A stretch of 64,000 nucleotides of DNA from an uncultured Rivularia sp. (GCA_963665115.1 OY762007.1:7520001-7584000); one strand, 5' to 3'; shown: positions 10,981-20,631, numbered from the stretch's first letter. Program-made: numbers and translations. The notes: generated by a model from the sequence alone, not told the origin.

Positions 10981-12154
10981 TATTACGGGCTGCATTCTCA
11001 TCCCTATTTAAGATGCAACCACATTTACATTTATGAGTTCTGGTACTCAAAGCCTTTTGAACCTTTGCTCCACAACTAGAACAATTAATAGAAGTGTATT
11101 GAGGTGGTACGGCAATTGTGATCTTGCCGAACTTATAACCAAAATACTCTAACCAGGTTCTAAACTGATACCATCCAGCATCAGTTATTGATTTTGCTAG
11201 ATTATGATTTTTTACCATATTGGCAATTCTTAAATCTTCATAGGCGACTACATCGTTAGATGTAATTACGCATCGTGCCAGTTTCACGGCATGATCTTTA
11301 CGCTGCCTACTTATCTTAAGATGCGCTATAGCATATTTTTTTCTAGCCTTGTGATAGTTATTCGACTGTGGCTTCTTATTCTTTCTATACTTCCTAGACT
11401 TACTTCGATTCAATCTATTAAGTGCTTTTTCACCTTGTCGATAAAACCGAGGGTTTTCGATTTGATTCCCTTTGTCGTCCGTATAAAAGTGATTTAAACC
11501 AACATCTAAGCCAATCTCGTTAGATGTTGGTTCTACTCTTTCACGGTTATCAACATCAACTAAAAACTGACAATAATAACCATCAGCACGCCTAACTATT
11601 CGTACACGCTTGAATTGTTTGATATCGTACCAATTCAAATCTCTCGTGCCTTTTAGCTTGACTCGTCCTATATTATTTTTATCAGTGAAAGTTATTTGTT
11701 TTCTGTTTTGTGAAAGCTTCCAACCTGTAGTTTTATACTCTACCGAACGAGAATGTTTCTTGAACTTAGGAAAACCCTTTTTTCCTTTGACTTGATTCTT
11801 ACAATTAGTATAAAAACGAGATATGGCAGCCCAAGCTCTATCTGCACTACTTTGTCTTGCCATTGAATTTAGCTTATCGGCAAAAGGAAATTCAGAGGCT
11901 AATACTTTGGTGTATGCCGATAACTGATATTTTCCAACTTCGGTATTATCCATCCAATAGCGCAGTGCTTTGTTGCGTATGAATTGTGCCGTTCTTATGG
12001 CTTCGTCCATCGCACGGTATTGAGTTGCGCGTGCTCGTACCTTAATTTCTAGAACTAACATAAATTTATGCTATCATACGAGCATAAATCAAGCAAGTGC
12101 TTGCCGTGCCTTATATTCCCATGCCTGAAGTCAGGGGCTTTATGGCACGAATCG
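10834..12154 (-). mobile_element. Non-autonomous IS200/IS605-family element (tnpB only, IS1341-like)
   Basis: Left end: TTAC (12155-12158, minus) then an AAAG-footed hairpin. Right end: GAAT-footed hairpin ending TCAA at 10834. These match IS608-type end rules. No tnpA present. Confidence 0.88.
10901..12061 (-). CDS. tnpB: RNA-guided endonuclease TnpB
   Basis: RuvC motifs IGLDVGL, YEDL, NRDENAA; zinc finger CSSC...CKC; 386 aa. Confidence 0.93.
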   Translation of the reverse strand: MLVLEIKVRARATQYRAMDEAIRTAQFIRNKALRYWMDNTEVGKYQLSAYTKVLASEFPFADKLNSMARQSSADRAWAAISRFYTNCKNQVKGKKGFPKFKKHSRSVEYKTTGWKLSQNRKQITFTDKNNIGRVKLKGTRDLNWYDIKQFKRVRIVRRADGYYCQFLVDVDNRERVEPTSNEIGLDVGLNHFYTDDKGNQIENPRFYRQGEKALNRLNRSKSRKYRKNKKPQSNNYHKARKKYAIAHLKISRQRKDHAVKLARCVITSNDVVAYEDLRIANMVKNHNLAKSITDAGWYQFRTWLEYFGYKFGKITIAVPPQYTSINCSSCGAKVQKALSTRTHKCKCGCILNRDENAARNILSLGLSTVGHTGSKAWGDETSINGR

Positions 12155-12333
12155 GTAAGCTTTACGGATTATTTTTAGAAGATTTGGGTAATTTAAATCT
12201 TTTGCGATCAAAAAGTTTCATCAAAATAAATAACCCGTTTGGGATTGCAAGTCCGAGCCTAATAGCATAAGTCTATTGAAATGGACTAAAAAGTTTACTT
12301 CGTTTAAATGTTATTTTTTGACATAATTTTTCT

Positions 12334-12396
12334 GTAGGGTGTGTGACGCATCGAATTAATTTGAACGTAGTAAGAAGACTTATAGCGTCACGCACC
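12334..12396. repeat. GTAGGGTG...GCACC REP-like long palindrome
   Basis: Arms GGTGTGTGACGC / GCGTCACGCACC; related copies at 20866-20932, 24191-24222 and about 61270-61340. Confidence 0.7.
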
Positions 12397-12650
12397 AACG
12401 AGCTGTGACAATAATGATTAATAGCCCTTATGTCCTTATCGGACACGCTTCGCTAACGGGCATAGATAATCTTCAATTCCCAACCGAGACGGTTTTGAGG
12501 ATAATTGAGAATTATGCAAGATATTATTTTGAAACAATCGCAATACCAAAAAATATATAGCCGAGCATGATAGTTTTGCTGGGGTGCTGGGTATCCTGAG
12601 TACGGAAAGGGTTTTTTAACCTAAGTATTTACCACAGCTACTAATAAAAT

Positions 12651-13050
12651 ATGGATGGCTCAAAGGAAGAATACGTAGTTCAAAACCGCGAGAAAGCTAA
12701 AAAGCGGCAAAAGTTAATCATTTTAATATCGATGGTATCTTTTTTCGGTTCTACCGTTATGGCTGCAATTCCTGCTATTCAAGAAATGGCTCGACAAGAT
12801 AGTGCGCCACAAACTGCATCTGCGGAAACCGGCATTAAAACAGCAAGAACAAGGTTTTGAATTGGTGCTGCAACGAGAACCAAATAATCAAGTAGCTCTA
12901 GACGGTTTGTTGAAGGTGCGGCTAGAGTTGAACGATATTCCAGGTGCGATTGAAACTTTGGAAAAGTTGGTGAAGCTAAATCCTGAAAGGGCAGATTATC
13001 GGTTGGGATTGGAGAATTTGAAGAAGGAATTGGGAAATGGCGATCGATAA
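12651..13050 (+). CDS. Membrane-anchored TPR protein, split by a +1 frameshift at about 12826-12828
   Basis: N-terminal TM helix; removing one A gives [29 protein letters not shown], continuing into TPR-like helices. Confidence 0.8.
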
Positions 13051-13146
13051 ACTTTGTTAAGTTATAAAGTCTATTAAAGCTGCACACTAGAGTTAAAAAC
13101 AATATAAATACATCCCCTAGTAAAATTAGGGGACGAGGAAATCAAA

Positions 13147-14301
13147 TTATATTCTTTTTGCTGCAACTTTTGATAAAGCTTTTTCAATTTTCTTGATAGA
13201 AAAAGCTTGGCTGAAATTAGACATTGCTTTTTTCTGCCCTTCTTCAGTAATAGATTTCCACTGTTCGAGATGGTTAGGTAAATAAGATAATATATCAGCT
13301 AAATCCAAAGGGTTTTCACTTTCAAATTTAAGCCCATCTTTACCATGTTCAACTATTTCTCCAGCCCCTCCTGTACCACTAGTAACTAAGGTTAATCCCG
13401 CAGCCATAGCTTCTATTTGGCTAATACCGAAAGGTTCTTCAAAGCGAGACGGAAATACTAATACGTTGTGAGTTTTATAAAGTTGTTTTAGTTCTTCGCG
13501 TGACAAAACACCTGGGATTTTTACCTTGTCTTGCATACCTTCTGACTCTATAAAATCCTGAAGTGCGCGTACAAAATCTGGCATTAATGTTGCTCCAGCA
13601 ATGGTAGCGGAAAACTCGATACCACTAGCATTCAGTAAAGAAAGAGCTTCTATAAGTACATCGGCTCCTTTATAGGGCATCACTAAACTAGCATAGGCAA
13701 TACGTAGGCGATCGCGTTGTGGAAGTTCGGCTTGATAAAATTCTTCAACAGCAGCACCTGGGTAGATAGTTTGAGCAGTATCAACCGGATAGCCCTGTTC
13801 TTGCAAAACGTCTCTATTCCAATCGCTACAGGTAATATACTGATGCAAAGAAGTTTTAGGGGCAAACTCGGCAGCATAGCCAGGTTGTTTATTCATTACA
13901 TAATGAATTGCTGGTATACCATCTGCCAGAATCTTCTCTAAAAGTTCTATTCCTAAAAAATCAATGTTACCTATAAGGCAGACATCTGGCTTAAAATTCT
14001 GTAATTCCAAAGCCAAAGTTTCACGATTTTTAAAGGTATTTACAGCTACTCTATCGATAGAATGCCACTGAGTACCTCCATTTGTCCAAACTCCACATAG
14101 GTTAAAACTACGCTGAATGTCAGGCTCTTGCTCTACATTTGTGCCGTTTGAAGTATATTCTTCTGTATTGCTTGTCAGCACAAGTACAGAATGACCATTA
14201 CTATGTAAGAGTCTTGCAGAGTCTGCTATAGCTCTTTCATATCCCCCAATAACTTGCGGAGGATATAAATTTGTAACTATTAAAATTCTAAGTTTATCCA
14301 A
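13147..14301 (-). CDS. Glycosyltransferase family 4
   Basis: N-terminal TNLYPPQVIGGYE; YKGADVL; PSRFEEPFGISQIEAMAAG (EX7E). Confidence 0.92.
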   Translation of the reverse strand: MDKLRILIVTNLYPPQVIGGYERAIADSARLLHSNGHSVLVLTSNTEEYTSNGTNVEQEPDIQRSFNLCGVWTNGGTQWHSIDRVAVNTFKNRETLALELQNFKPDVCLIGNIDFLGIELLEKILADGIPAIHYVMNKQPGYAAEFAPKTSLHQYITCSDWNRDVLQEQGYPVDTAQTIYPGAAVEEFYQAELPQRDRLRIAYASLVMPYKGADVLIEALSLLNASGIEFSATIAGATLMPDFVRALQDFIESEGMQDKVKIPGVLSREELKQLYKTHNVLVFPSRFEEPFGISQIEAMAAGLTLVTSGTGGAGEIVEHGKDGLKFESENPLDLADILSYLPNHLEQWKSITEEGQKKAMSNFSQAFSIKKIEKALSKVAAKRI

Positions 14302-14315
14302 GATTGACCCTTTAT

Positions 14316-14675
14316 TTATTTTGTTTCAATATAATTTGCCCACATTTGTTCGTAAGCTTTCCCCATTTCGCGAGTAAATTGTTTAGCATTCCACAATGGT
14401 GCTGTTTGACGAGACTGACGCAGTTTCTAAGAAATTTCTTGTCTTAGTTTGGCATCTTTACCTAAACGAATTCCCCATTCTATATATTCTTCATCCGTCC
14501 AAGCAATGCCTTTATTTATACCCGCATTCATCATCATGGTGTAGCTATTACGTGCGGCAAATTATTCGCCTACTCTTGTTACTGGAATACACATCCAGAG
14601 AGTTTCTAGTGTTGTAGCACCGTTATAGGGGTAAGTGTCAAGTACTACATTAGCAGCACAGAAATTAGCACGCCA
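14316..14675 (-). pseudogene. Remnant 3' end of a second O-GlcNAc transferase-like (GT41) gene
   Basis: High nucleotide similarity to 15154-15515; in-frame stops (TGG>TAG, CAA>TAA); ends WANYIETK*; 5' part missing. Confidence 0.85.
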
Positions 14676-14845
14676 GGCAACATCTTAACCCAAATTTATT
14701 AAAGTGTGGATAGACAAATACATTTGACTTTATTATTAATGATATTATAATTATTTAGTAATTTAGTCGATATGTGATACTTGATGCTATTGTTCTAAAA
14801 TAATAAAATGCTTAATAATGGTTTAATTTATTCAATAATTTGTAA

Positions 14846-15076
14846 ATGAAAGCGATGAATATCGAAGCAGCCATAATTGAAAACCTGCGAGTTTTACCTG
14901 AAGATAAGCAGCAGGAAGTGTTAGACTTTGTCGAATTTCTTAAAGCTAAAAAACTATTAACAGCTTCTCGTAAAATTAGAGGAATGTGTTCAGACTTGGA
15001 CGTTCACATTACAGAAGAAGATATTACAGAAGCGCGTCGTGAAATGTGGGGAAGCTTTCACAAAGAGAATATTTAA
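14846..15076 (+). CDS. DUF2281-like small antitoxin-type protein
   Basis: LPEDKQQEVLDFVEFLKAK...RGMCSDL...ITEEDITEARREMW pattern; no toxin ORF follows. Confidence 0.7.
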   Translation: MKAMNIEAAIIENLRVLPEDKQQEVLDFVEFLKAKKLLTASRKIRGMCSDLDVHITEEDITEARREMWGSFHKENI

Positions 15077-15116
15077 TAACTGCTATTAATACATTTTAAT
15101 AATATTTATTCGTTAC

Positions 15117-15144
15117 AAACCCGGTATTTTTATCAACCGGGTTT
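15117..15144. terminator. Bidirectional intrinsic terminator
   Basis: AAACCCGGT-loop-ACCGGGTTT hairpin between convergent genes. Confidence 0.65.
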
Positions 15145-15153
15145 CTTAAATTA

Positions 15154-17394
15154 TTATTTAGCGCAAATATAATTTGCCCACATTTGTTCGTAAGCTTTTT
15201 CCATTTCGCGGGTAAACTGTTTAGCATTCCACAATGGTGCAGTTTGACGAGACTGTTTGAGCTTCCAAGAAATTTCTTGTCTCAATTTGGCATCTTTGCC
15301 TAAACGAATTCCCCATTCTATATATTCTTCATCCGTCCAAGCAATGCCTTCAGTTATACCCGCATTCATCATCATGGTGTAGCTGTTACGTGCAGCAAAT
15401 TGTTCGCCGACTTTTGTAACCAAAGGAATCCCCATCCACAGAGTTTCTAAAGTTGTTGTTGCACCATTATAAGGATAGGTATCTAACACAACATCAGCTA
15501 TTCCAAGATTAGCGCGATGTATTGCTTCTAAAGGAACCATAGGAAGAAATCGTAAATTACTAGGATCTATTCCTTCTTCAACTGCAATTTGATTAAAAAA
15601 GCTTTGAATGGCTTCTTCCTCAGCTAACCCTTTTATTAATAGATAGCTATTTGGAACATTTTTCAAAACCCTCATTTGTAGCCTTACTGTATCGGGATGC
15701 CGTTTGCAACCGCTTTGAGCGCTAAGATAAACTATGGCATCATTAGGAATGTCAAGGTCTTTCCGACGTAAAGTTGGTATTCCTACTTCAAAACCATCTA
15801 CAGCTATATAGGTTTGAGGTAAACGCCAGATTTTCTCGGAGTAATAATTATCCGCATCATCTGGCAGTACATAAGGATCGGCTATGAAATAATCGATTGC
15901 TGGAATTCCTGATGCATCCCAACCCAACCAAGTAGCTTGAATTTTTGCAGGTTTTAATGCCATGACTTCACAGCTAATATCCAAAGTTAAGCTATCTAAA
16001 TCAATTAAAATATCAATTTCGTCTTGATCTATTTTTTCGGCAATTTCTTGGGTTTCTGTACCCATCCTACGGACAGTTTCAAACTGACTAGCATACCATT
16101 CTTGCAACGGATCTCCTTGCTGTTGTGAACTGATTAGATAGCCATGCAATTCAAACGATTCGCGATTATGGTACTCAAATAACCATCGTGCTAACCAACC
16201 AACCGAATGTTGTCTAAAACAGTGAGAAATGTAGCCAATCTTTAAGCGTCTACTAGAATTTTCTTTTTTGAGGATTAATTTTTGCCGCTGTTGATACCAT
16301 TCTGCTTCTTCCGCATAATTTTGAAGATTCTTTTGGCATAAAGCTGCCAATTTATTTTGGATTTTGCGATATGTTTGGGGACAATCTTGAAAGTAGGGAA
16401 AAAAGAATGTTGACAGTAATACCCGCGAAATTTCTGCACCATCATCTAAAATTGGCTGTTCTTCGATTAGTGAATCAAGAAAACTTTCTTGTCGTTGTAA
16501 AAACTTATTTGCTTCTTGCCAGTATGCTCCAGCATTTATGAGAGTTTTTAAAATTAAATGATTGCCATATACTTTACCTGCCACTGTCTCATTTTCTAAT
16601 AACGAGTAGCATTTCTTAGCAGTTTCTATAGCTTTAGTATAATCACCAGACTTGTCATAGAAGGCAGTTAAATGTCGCAATAATTCTGTATCTTCAGCAT
16701 TTATTTGGCAGCATATTTGTGCAAGTTTTATTGCTAGTATAGATTTCCCTTGGGAATAAGCTAAATTGATTGCTGCAACTAATATAACGGCAAAATATTT
16801 ATACGAATGACCTAGATAAGGCAAGCAAACTTTAGCAAATTCTAGCGATGAGTCGTTTTGTGAATAGTAATCTAGAATTTTCTGTAGTGTTTGCATTAAT
16901 AGATTAATATCTACTGCTTCTAATTTCTGTGAATTTAAAAGCTCAATGACTTCCCAATCAGCTAAATCGTCTTCAGTAAATGTTTCTAGCTTGATAGCAA
17001 TGTCAATTAGATATAATAAATTATTGATATTCGCTGGCTGAATTTCTCGTATATGCTGTCTCAATAAATAAGTAGTGGAATAATTATCTTCCTGTCTCAC
17101 ACGTCTTTGTGCTTCAGCTTCCAGCACTTTTGTTAATTCGTCACACCAAAGTTCAACTTGCTCTGGCTCACCTTCCATCATCACTAAAGCCCAAGTTGTC
17201 TGTGCTTCTACTTCTTTACCCTGTAGCAGGAATATTAATCCTAAATACCAGTAGTGGGATTTAATCTCGGGTTCTACTTCAATTGCTTGTTCATAAAAAC
17301 TAGCGGCTTTATAATAATCACCTTGAAGAACACATTCGTATGCTTGTATTTGCCAACTGCTGGCAGAATTAGTTAAAGCGAAATCAGAAATCAT
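15154..17394 (-). CDS. TPR + GT41 O-linked GlcNAc transferase (SPINDLY/OgtA-like)
   Basis: N-terminal TPR-like helices; KIGYIS..FRQHSVG, IDILIDLD, QATWLG, IDYFIAD and LDTYPYNGATTTLETLWMGIP motifs. Confidence 0.92.
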   Translation of the reverse strand: MISDFALTNSASSWQIQAYECVLQGDYYKAASFYEQAIEVEPEIKSHYWYLGLIFLLQGKEVEAQTTWALVMMEGEPEQVELWCDELTKVLEAEAQRRVRQEDNYSTTYLLRQHIREIQPANINNLLYLIDIAIKLETFTEDDLADWEVIELLNSQKLEAVDINLLMQTLQKILDYYSQNDSSLEFAKVCLPYLGHSYKYFAVILVAAINLAYSQGKSILAIKLAQICCQINAEDTELLRHLTAFYDKSGDYTKAIETAKKCYSLLENETVAGKVYGNHLILKTLINAGAYWQEANKFLQRQESFLDSLIEEQPILDDGAEISRVLLSTFFFPYFQDCPQTYRKIQNKLAALCQKNLQNYAEEAEWYQQRQKLILKKENSSRRLKIGYISHCFRQHSVGWLARWLFEYHNRESFELHGYLISSQQQGDPLQEWYASQFETVRRMGTETQEIAEKIDQDEIDILIDLDSLTLDISCEVMALKPAKIQATWLGWDASGIPAIDYFIADPYVLPDDADNYYSEKIWRLPQTYIAVDGFEVGIPTLRRKDLDIPNDAIVYLSAQSGCKRHPDTVRLQMRVLKNVPNSYLLIKGLAEEEAIQSFFNQIAVEEGIDPSNLRFLPMVPLEAIHRANLGIADVVLDTYPYNGATTTLETLWMGIPLVTKVGEQFAARNSYTMMMNAGITEGIAWTDEEYIEWGIRLGKDAKLRQEISWKLKQSRQTAPLWNAKQFTREMEKAYEQMWANYICAK

Positions 17395-17419
17395 TGCACC
17401 ATTAGTTTTAAATTAAATA

Positions 17420-17445
17420 GAGTGAGTAGCTTTTACTACTCACTC
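17420..17445 (-). terminator. Hairpin between pilin and OGT (partial terminator or mRNA stabiliser)
   Basis: GAGTGAGTAG-CTTTTA-CTACTCACTC perfect 10-bp stem followed by a T-rich run on the minus strand. Confidence 0.65.
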
Positions 17446-17509
17446 CGTTGTAAACAATCAATATAAATTGACTGCGATTTATTTTGAATCGAATTGCTCT
17501 CGCAATTAA

Positions 17510-18064
17510 TTACTTGATAAGTTTATAGACTGTAGCGTCGCATACACCCGTAGCCTTACAATCAGCAATTGCAATGCCTTTCGCATTATCTGCTTTTGCT
17601 GGAGCAATAGTCTCATACAAGTTTGCAAGGGTGATTGCGTCATCAACACCATTTACAGTTTGGGTACTAGTATAAGTAACCCCAGCGTAAGACTTCAATG
17701 CTTTCTTTGTTGCTCTGGCTTTATTTGTGACAAATGAACCAGTAGTAGCTTTGGCTGTAATCTCATACAAATAATTTTCAGTCTGTGTCTTAATACCTAA
17801 AGCTAGCACTACAACAGAAGTTGTAAATGCATTGTTATTCTCTAAATAGTAAGCTTGCTGCGCTCGGTTCATAGAACCAATATAGTTTTTCGCTTCACTT
17901 TGTCTAGCTTTAGTTGCTTGGTTCAGGAAAGAAGGAAGCGCAATAGCTGAGAGAATACCGATAATGATAATTACAACCAACAATTCAATTAAGGTAAAAC
18001 CTTCGTTTTCTTTTTTGTTGCGGAGGATGTTTTGTAAAAACTTTGCTTTAAGTTCGGTTTTCAT
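17510..18064 (-). CDS. Type IV pilin (cyanobacterial PilA / pilin G/H-like)
   Basis: Prepilin cleavage EG|FTLIELLVVIIIIGILSAIALP with E5; MNRAQQAYYLE; C-terminal Cys pair. Confidence 0.93.
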   Translation of the reverse strand: MKTELKAKFLQNILRNKKENEGFTLIELLVVIIIIGILSAIALPSFLNQATKARQSEAKNYIGSMNRAQQAYYLENNNAFTTSVVVLALGIKTQTENYLYEITAKATTGSFVTNKARATKKALKSYAGVTYTSTQTVNGVDDAITLANLYETIAPAKADNAKGIAIADCKATGVCDATVYKLIK

Positions 18065-18108
18065 TAGTGTTTCCTTTAGGTGGGGATGAGTTATTCGGTT
18101 CTAGGTAT

Positions 18109-18117
18109 AACTTACCC
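18109..18117 (-). promoter_or_regulatory. SigF/SigJ-type -10 box GGGTAAGTT upstream of pilin
   Basis: 45 nt upstream of the pilin ATG; resembles the GGGTAAG element of SigF-dependent cyanobacterial pilA promoters. Confidence 0.6.
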
Positions 18118-18248
18118 ATTTCGACAGCTTTACTATCATTTTCTGCAAAATTTTTTTGGGAAGATTAGAAAACCCTGAATGACTAGAGTTTTCATCGCAG
18201 ATGCTTTCGGACTACAGCTATATAAGTTGGTTAACCTTAAAAGTACGA

Positions 18249-19571
18249 TTAAGCCTCTAACATTACATAACCAAGGCTTTCAATCTGTAAAAATAGCTGT
18301 TGCAACATATAAAAAGCTTGACTTTCATCAGTAGGCTCTAAAGTCACTGGGTTCAAAGGTCTAACTTGCTTCCAGCGCTCGACCAAAGACATCATAGATT
18401 GAGGCTCGTCTAACAGGGGAACAAAACAAAATGCCATTGAACTATCTATACTGATTGAATCTTCAGTTATTGGTAAGTGTTTGGCGATCGCAAAAGGTCT
18501 TATTTCTGTAATACATTCTATTAGCTCTTCTCGGACATCGGGAGTTCTTAACTGGGGATGTAAATGCACCTTGGCTTTTTGCCAATCAGCATCATTCCAT
18601 TCTTCGACTGGTACAAAGGACTGCCTCTGGTTTGGATGTCCGCACCAAAAATCAAGTAGTCTATGTACGGGATGCATTAGTTCAAATAGCTGTAGCTGCT
18701 CCTCTACAGAAGCTTCGGGTAAACTCATGGCGATAAAAGCAGGTAAATTATCTGGCTCTTTGAACAAATTTACCAAATTCCATTCTCGCCAATTCACCAT
18801 ACTGATAAACTCTAAGTTTGCCGTTCTAAAACCATCGAACATATCGTTAATGGTGTAACCTTTATCTCCCTGGAACAAATAATTCATTAAAATACTTTGT
18901 TTGCCATCCTCTCCTTCATAACGAGAGTTCCAAGTTAATGCTTTTAGATTGACTTTATCTTTCAAAGCTTTCATGATTTCTACAACAATTCCCATTTCTA
19001 AGTCTTCTGGATTTCCATCCATCAAACCCATCATGGTAAATATTTTTTGGGCGCGAAAATGGTTGAATCGTTGTATTGAACTATGTAAATTACTACGAAT
19101 AATTCCTTCTGGCTTTAAAACTGCCTTCATCGCTTGTAAGGCTTTATCTATATCATCAAAAAGATAAAGCAGTTCATCACAATTTATATAGTCGAATTCC
19201 CAATCATATTTGGGTAAATCCTCTATTCCTAAAACATGAAATTCTGCATTATCAAAACCGTGATATTCTAAACGCTGTTGAGCTAACTTAACAGATGCTT
19301 CCGAAATATCAACACCAATAATTTTTGCACCCGGATTAGCTTCTGCCAGTACAAGAGATTTATAACCACTGCCACATCCAGCATCTAAAATTGCTTTTCC
19401 TTTAGTATCTATAACTTTTTGATTTCTCAAATAATAAGCTGTTACTAAATTATGAATGTAGAGCGAACTAGAGTTATCTTTAGGAGATTCATCAACAGGA
19501 ATTCTTGGATAAGGCGCACTGTCAAATTGCTGACGAATTTTTTCTACTAAATCTGATGCTTGAGCTTGCAT
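18249..19571 (-). CDS. Class I SAM-dependent methyltransferase with long C-terminal extension
   Basis: ILDAGCGSG, IIGVDISE, FDYINCDE and LKPEGII motifs. Confidence 0.9.
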   Translation of the reverse strand: MQAQASDLVEKIRQQFDSAPYPRIPVDESPKDNSSSLYIHNLVTAYYLRNQKVIDTKGKAILDAGCGSGYKSLVLAEANPGAKIIGVDISEASVKLAQQRLEYHGFDNAEFHVLGIEDLPKYDWEFDYINCDELLYLFDDIDKALQAMKAVLKPEGIIRSNLHSSIQRFNHFRAQKIFTMMGLMDGNPEDLEMGIVVEIMKALKDKVNLKALTWNSRYEGEDGKQSILMNYLFQGDKGYTINDMFDGFRTANLEFISMVNWREWNLVNLFKEPDNLPAFIAMSLPEASVEEQLQLFELMHPVHRLLDFWCGHPNQRQSFVPVEEWNDADWQKAKVHLHPQLRTPDVREELIECITEIRPFAIAKHLPITEDSISIDSSMAFCFVPLLDEPQSMMSLVERWKQVRPLNPVTLEPTDESQAFYMLQQLFLQIESLGYVMLEA

Positions 19572-19648
19572 GGATTTTTCTCCTGATACTAATTATTTCC
19601 AGAGACTTTTGGATTTAGCACCCTAAGCAAATGGGTTACTCAAGCATT

Positions 19649-19657
19649 AGTATTCCC
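19649..19657 (-). promoter_or_regulatory. SigJ-type J-box GGGAATACT
   Basis: Exact GGGAATACT about 80 nt upstream of the methyltransferase ATG, correct strand. Confidence 0.6.
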
Positions 19658-19792
19658 AGTTTTTTCGATTTCTAACATTGAGTAATATTCTTTGATGGAT
19701 GTTTAAAAGCCTTTTTATCAACTTGTGCCTATTATGCAATGCTTGAGAAAGTCAAAGCCGCAAAGAATCATCAGTAAAAGTTTTCCTATGAC

Positions 19793-19891
19793 GTAGGTTG
19801 GGTTGAACGAAGTGTTAGCGAAGCGTGTCCGATAGGACATAACCCAACAAACACTCGATAATGTTGGGTTTCGTTCCTCAACCCAACCTAC
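19793..19891. repeat. GTAGGTTGGGTTGA...TCAACCCAACCTAC palindromic element with nested small repeat (19814-19840)
   Basis: Terminal inverted arms; the insert matches the reverse complement of 12430-12457 with a one-base difference. Confidence 0.8.
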
Positions 19892-19952
19892 AATCTATAT
19901 ACCTCTCATAATTAATATGGTGGAATACTAGTTCAAACGAGGTATTTTCAAC

Positions 19953-20582
19953 ATGGTGGCAATCTCAACACCAGCAGAAACCAGGACTTTACTTGAGAAC
20001 ATTAGCTGGCAAACCTTCAAAGCGATGCTAGCTGAGATGGGTTCCTCAAGAAACACCAGATTAGCTTACGAAAATGGAGTATTAGAAATCATGGCTCCAG
20101 ATATGCCACATGAAAACTCAAATCGCGTTATTGAAGTATTTACGGGAGTCATGTGTGAGGAATTGCAATTAGAAATCAAACGCTCTGGTTCTTTAACTTT
20201 GACGCGAGATGACTTGGAACGTGGTGGGGAACCAGACAGCAGCTACTATATACAAAACGAATACCGCGTGAGAAATAAGGAGAAAATAGATTTAAATATC
20301 GATCCACCGCCGGATTTAGTTTTAGAAGTCGAATATTCCAAACCTAAAGTAGATAAGTTTAAAATCTACGCTGCAATTGGTGTTCCTGAGTTTTGGCGCT
20401 TTAACGGCAGCGTTTTACAAATTTATGTACTTAATGATGGGCAATATATAGAAGTTGAACAAAGCCCTACTTTTGCTCAGGTGTCTGTAAAGGAAATTCC
20501 TCGGTTTATTCAAGAGACTCGAATTAATGGGGAAATGGCGACAACTCGCGCTTTTCGGGCTTGGGTGAGAGAGCAAATTTGA
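19953..20582 (+). CDS. Uma2-family (PD-(D/E)XK) putative endonuclease
   Basis: ISWQTF, LEIMAP..PHE, EPDSSYY, PPPDLVLEV and YAAIGVPEFW motifs. Confidence 0.9.
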   Translation: MVAISTPAETRTLLENISWQTFKAMLAEMGSSRNTRLAYENGVLEIMAPDMPHENSNRVIEVFTGVMCEELQLEIKRSGSLTLTRDDLERGGEPDSSYYIQNEYRVRNKEKIDLNIDPPPDLVLEVEYSKPKVDKFKIYAAIGVPEFWRFNGSVLQIYVLNDGQYIEVEQSPTFAQVSVKEIPRFIQETRINGEMATTRAFRAWVREQI

Positions 20583-20631
20583 GAAGCTGATGGGTTAAAC
20601 CGCACTTGCGAAAATGGAGAAACTCCCTCAA

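Noticed and set aside
14846..15153. Complete toxin-antitoxin pair
   Set aside because: No toxin ORF between the DUF2281-like gene and the convergent OGT
19953..20582. Uma2 nuclease plus the divergent methyltransferase as a restriction-modification system
   Set aside because: The methyltransferase lacks DNA-MTase catalytic motifs (DPPY/NPPY/PC), and Uma2 genes are abundant, scattered paralogs in cyanobacteria
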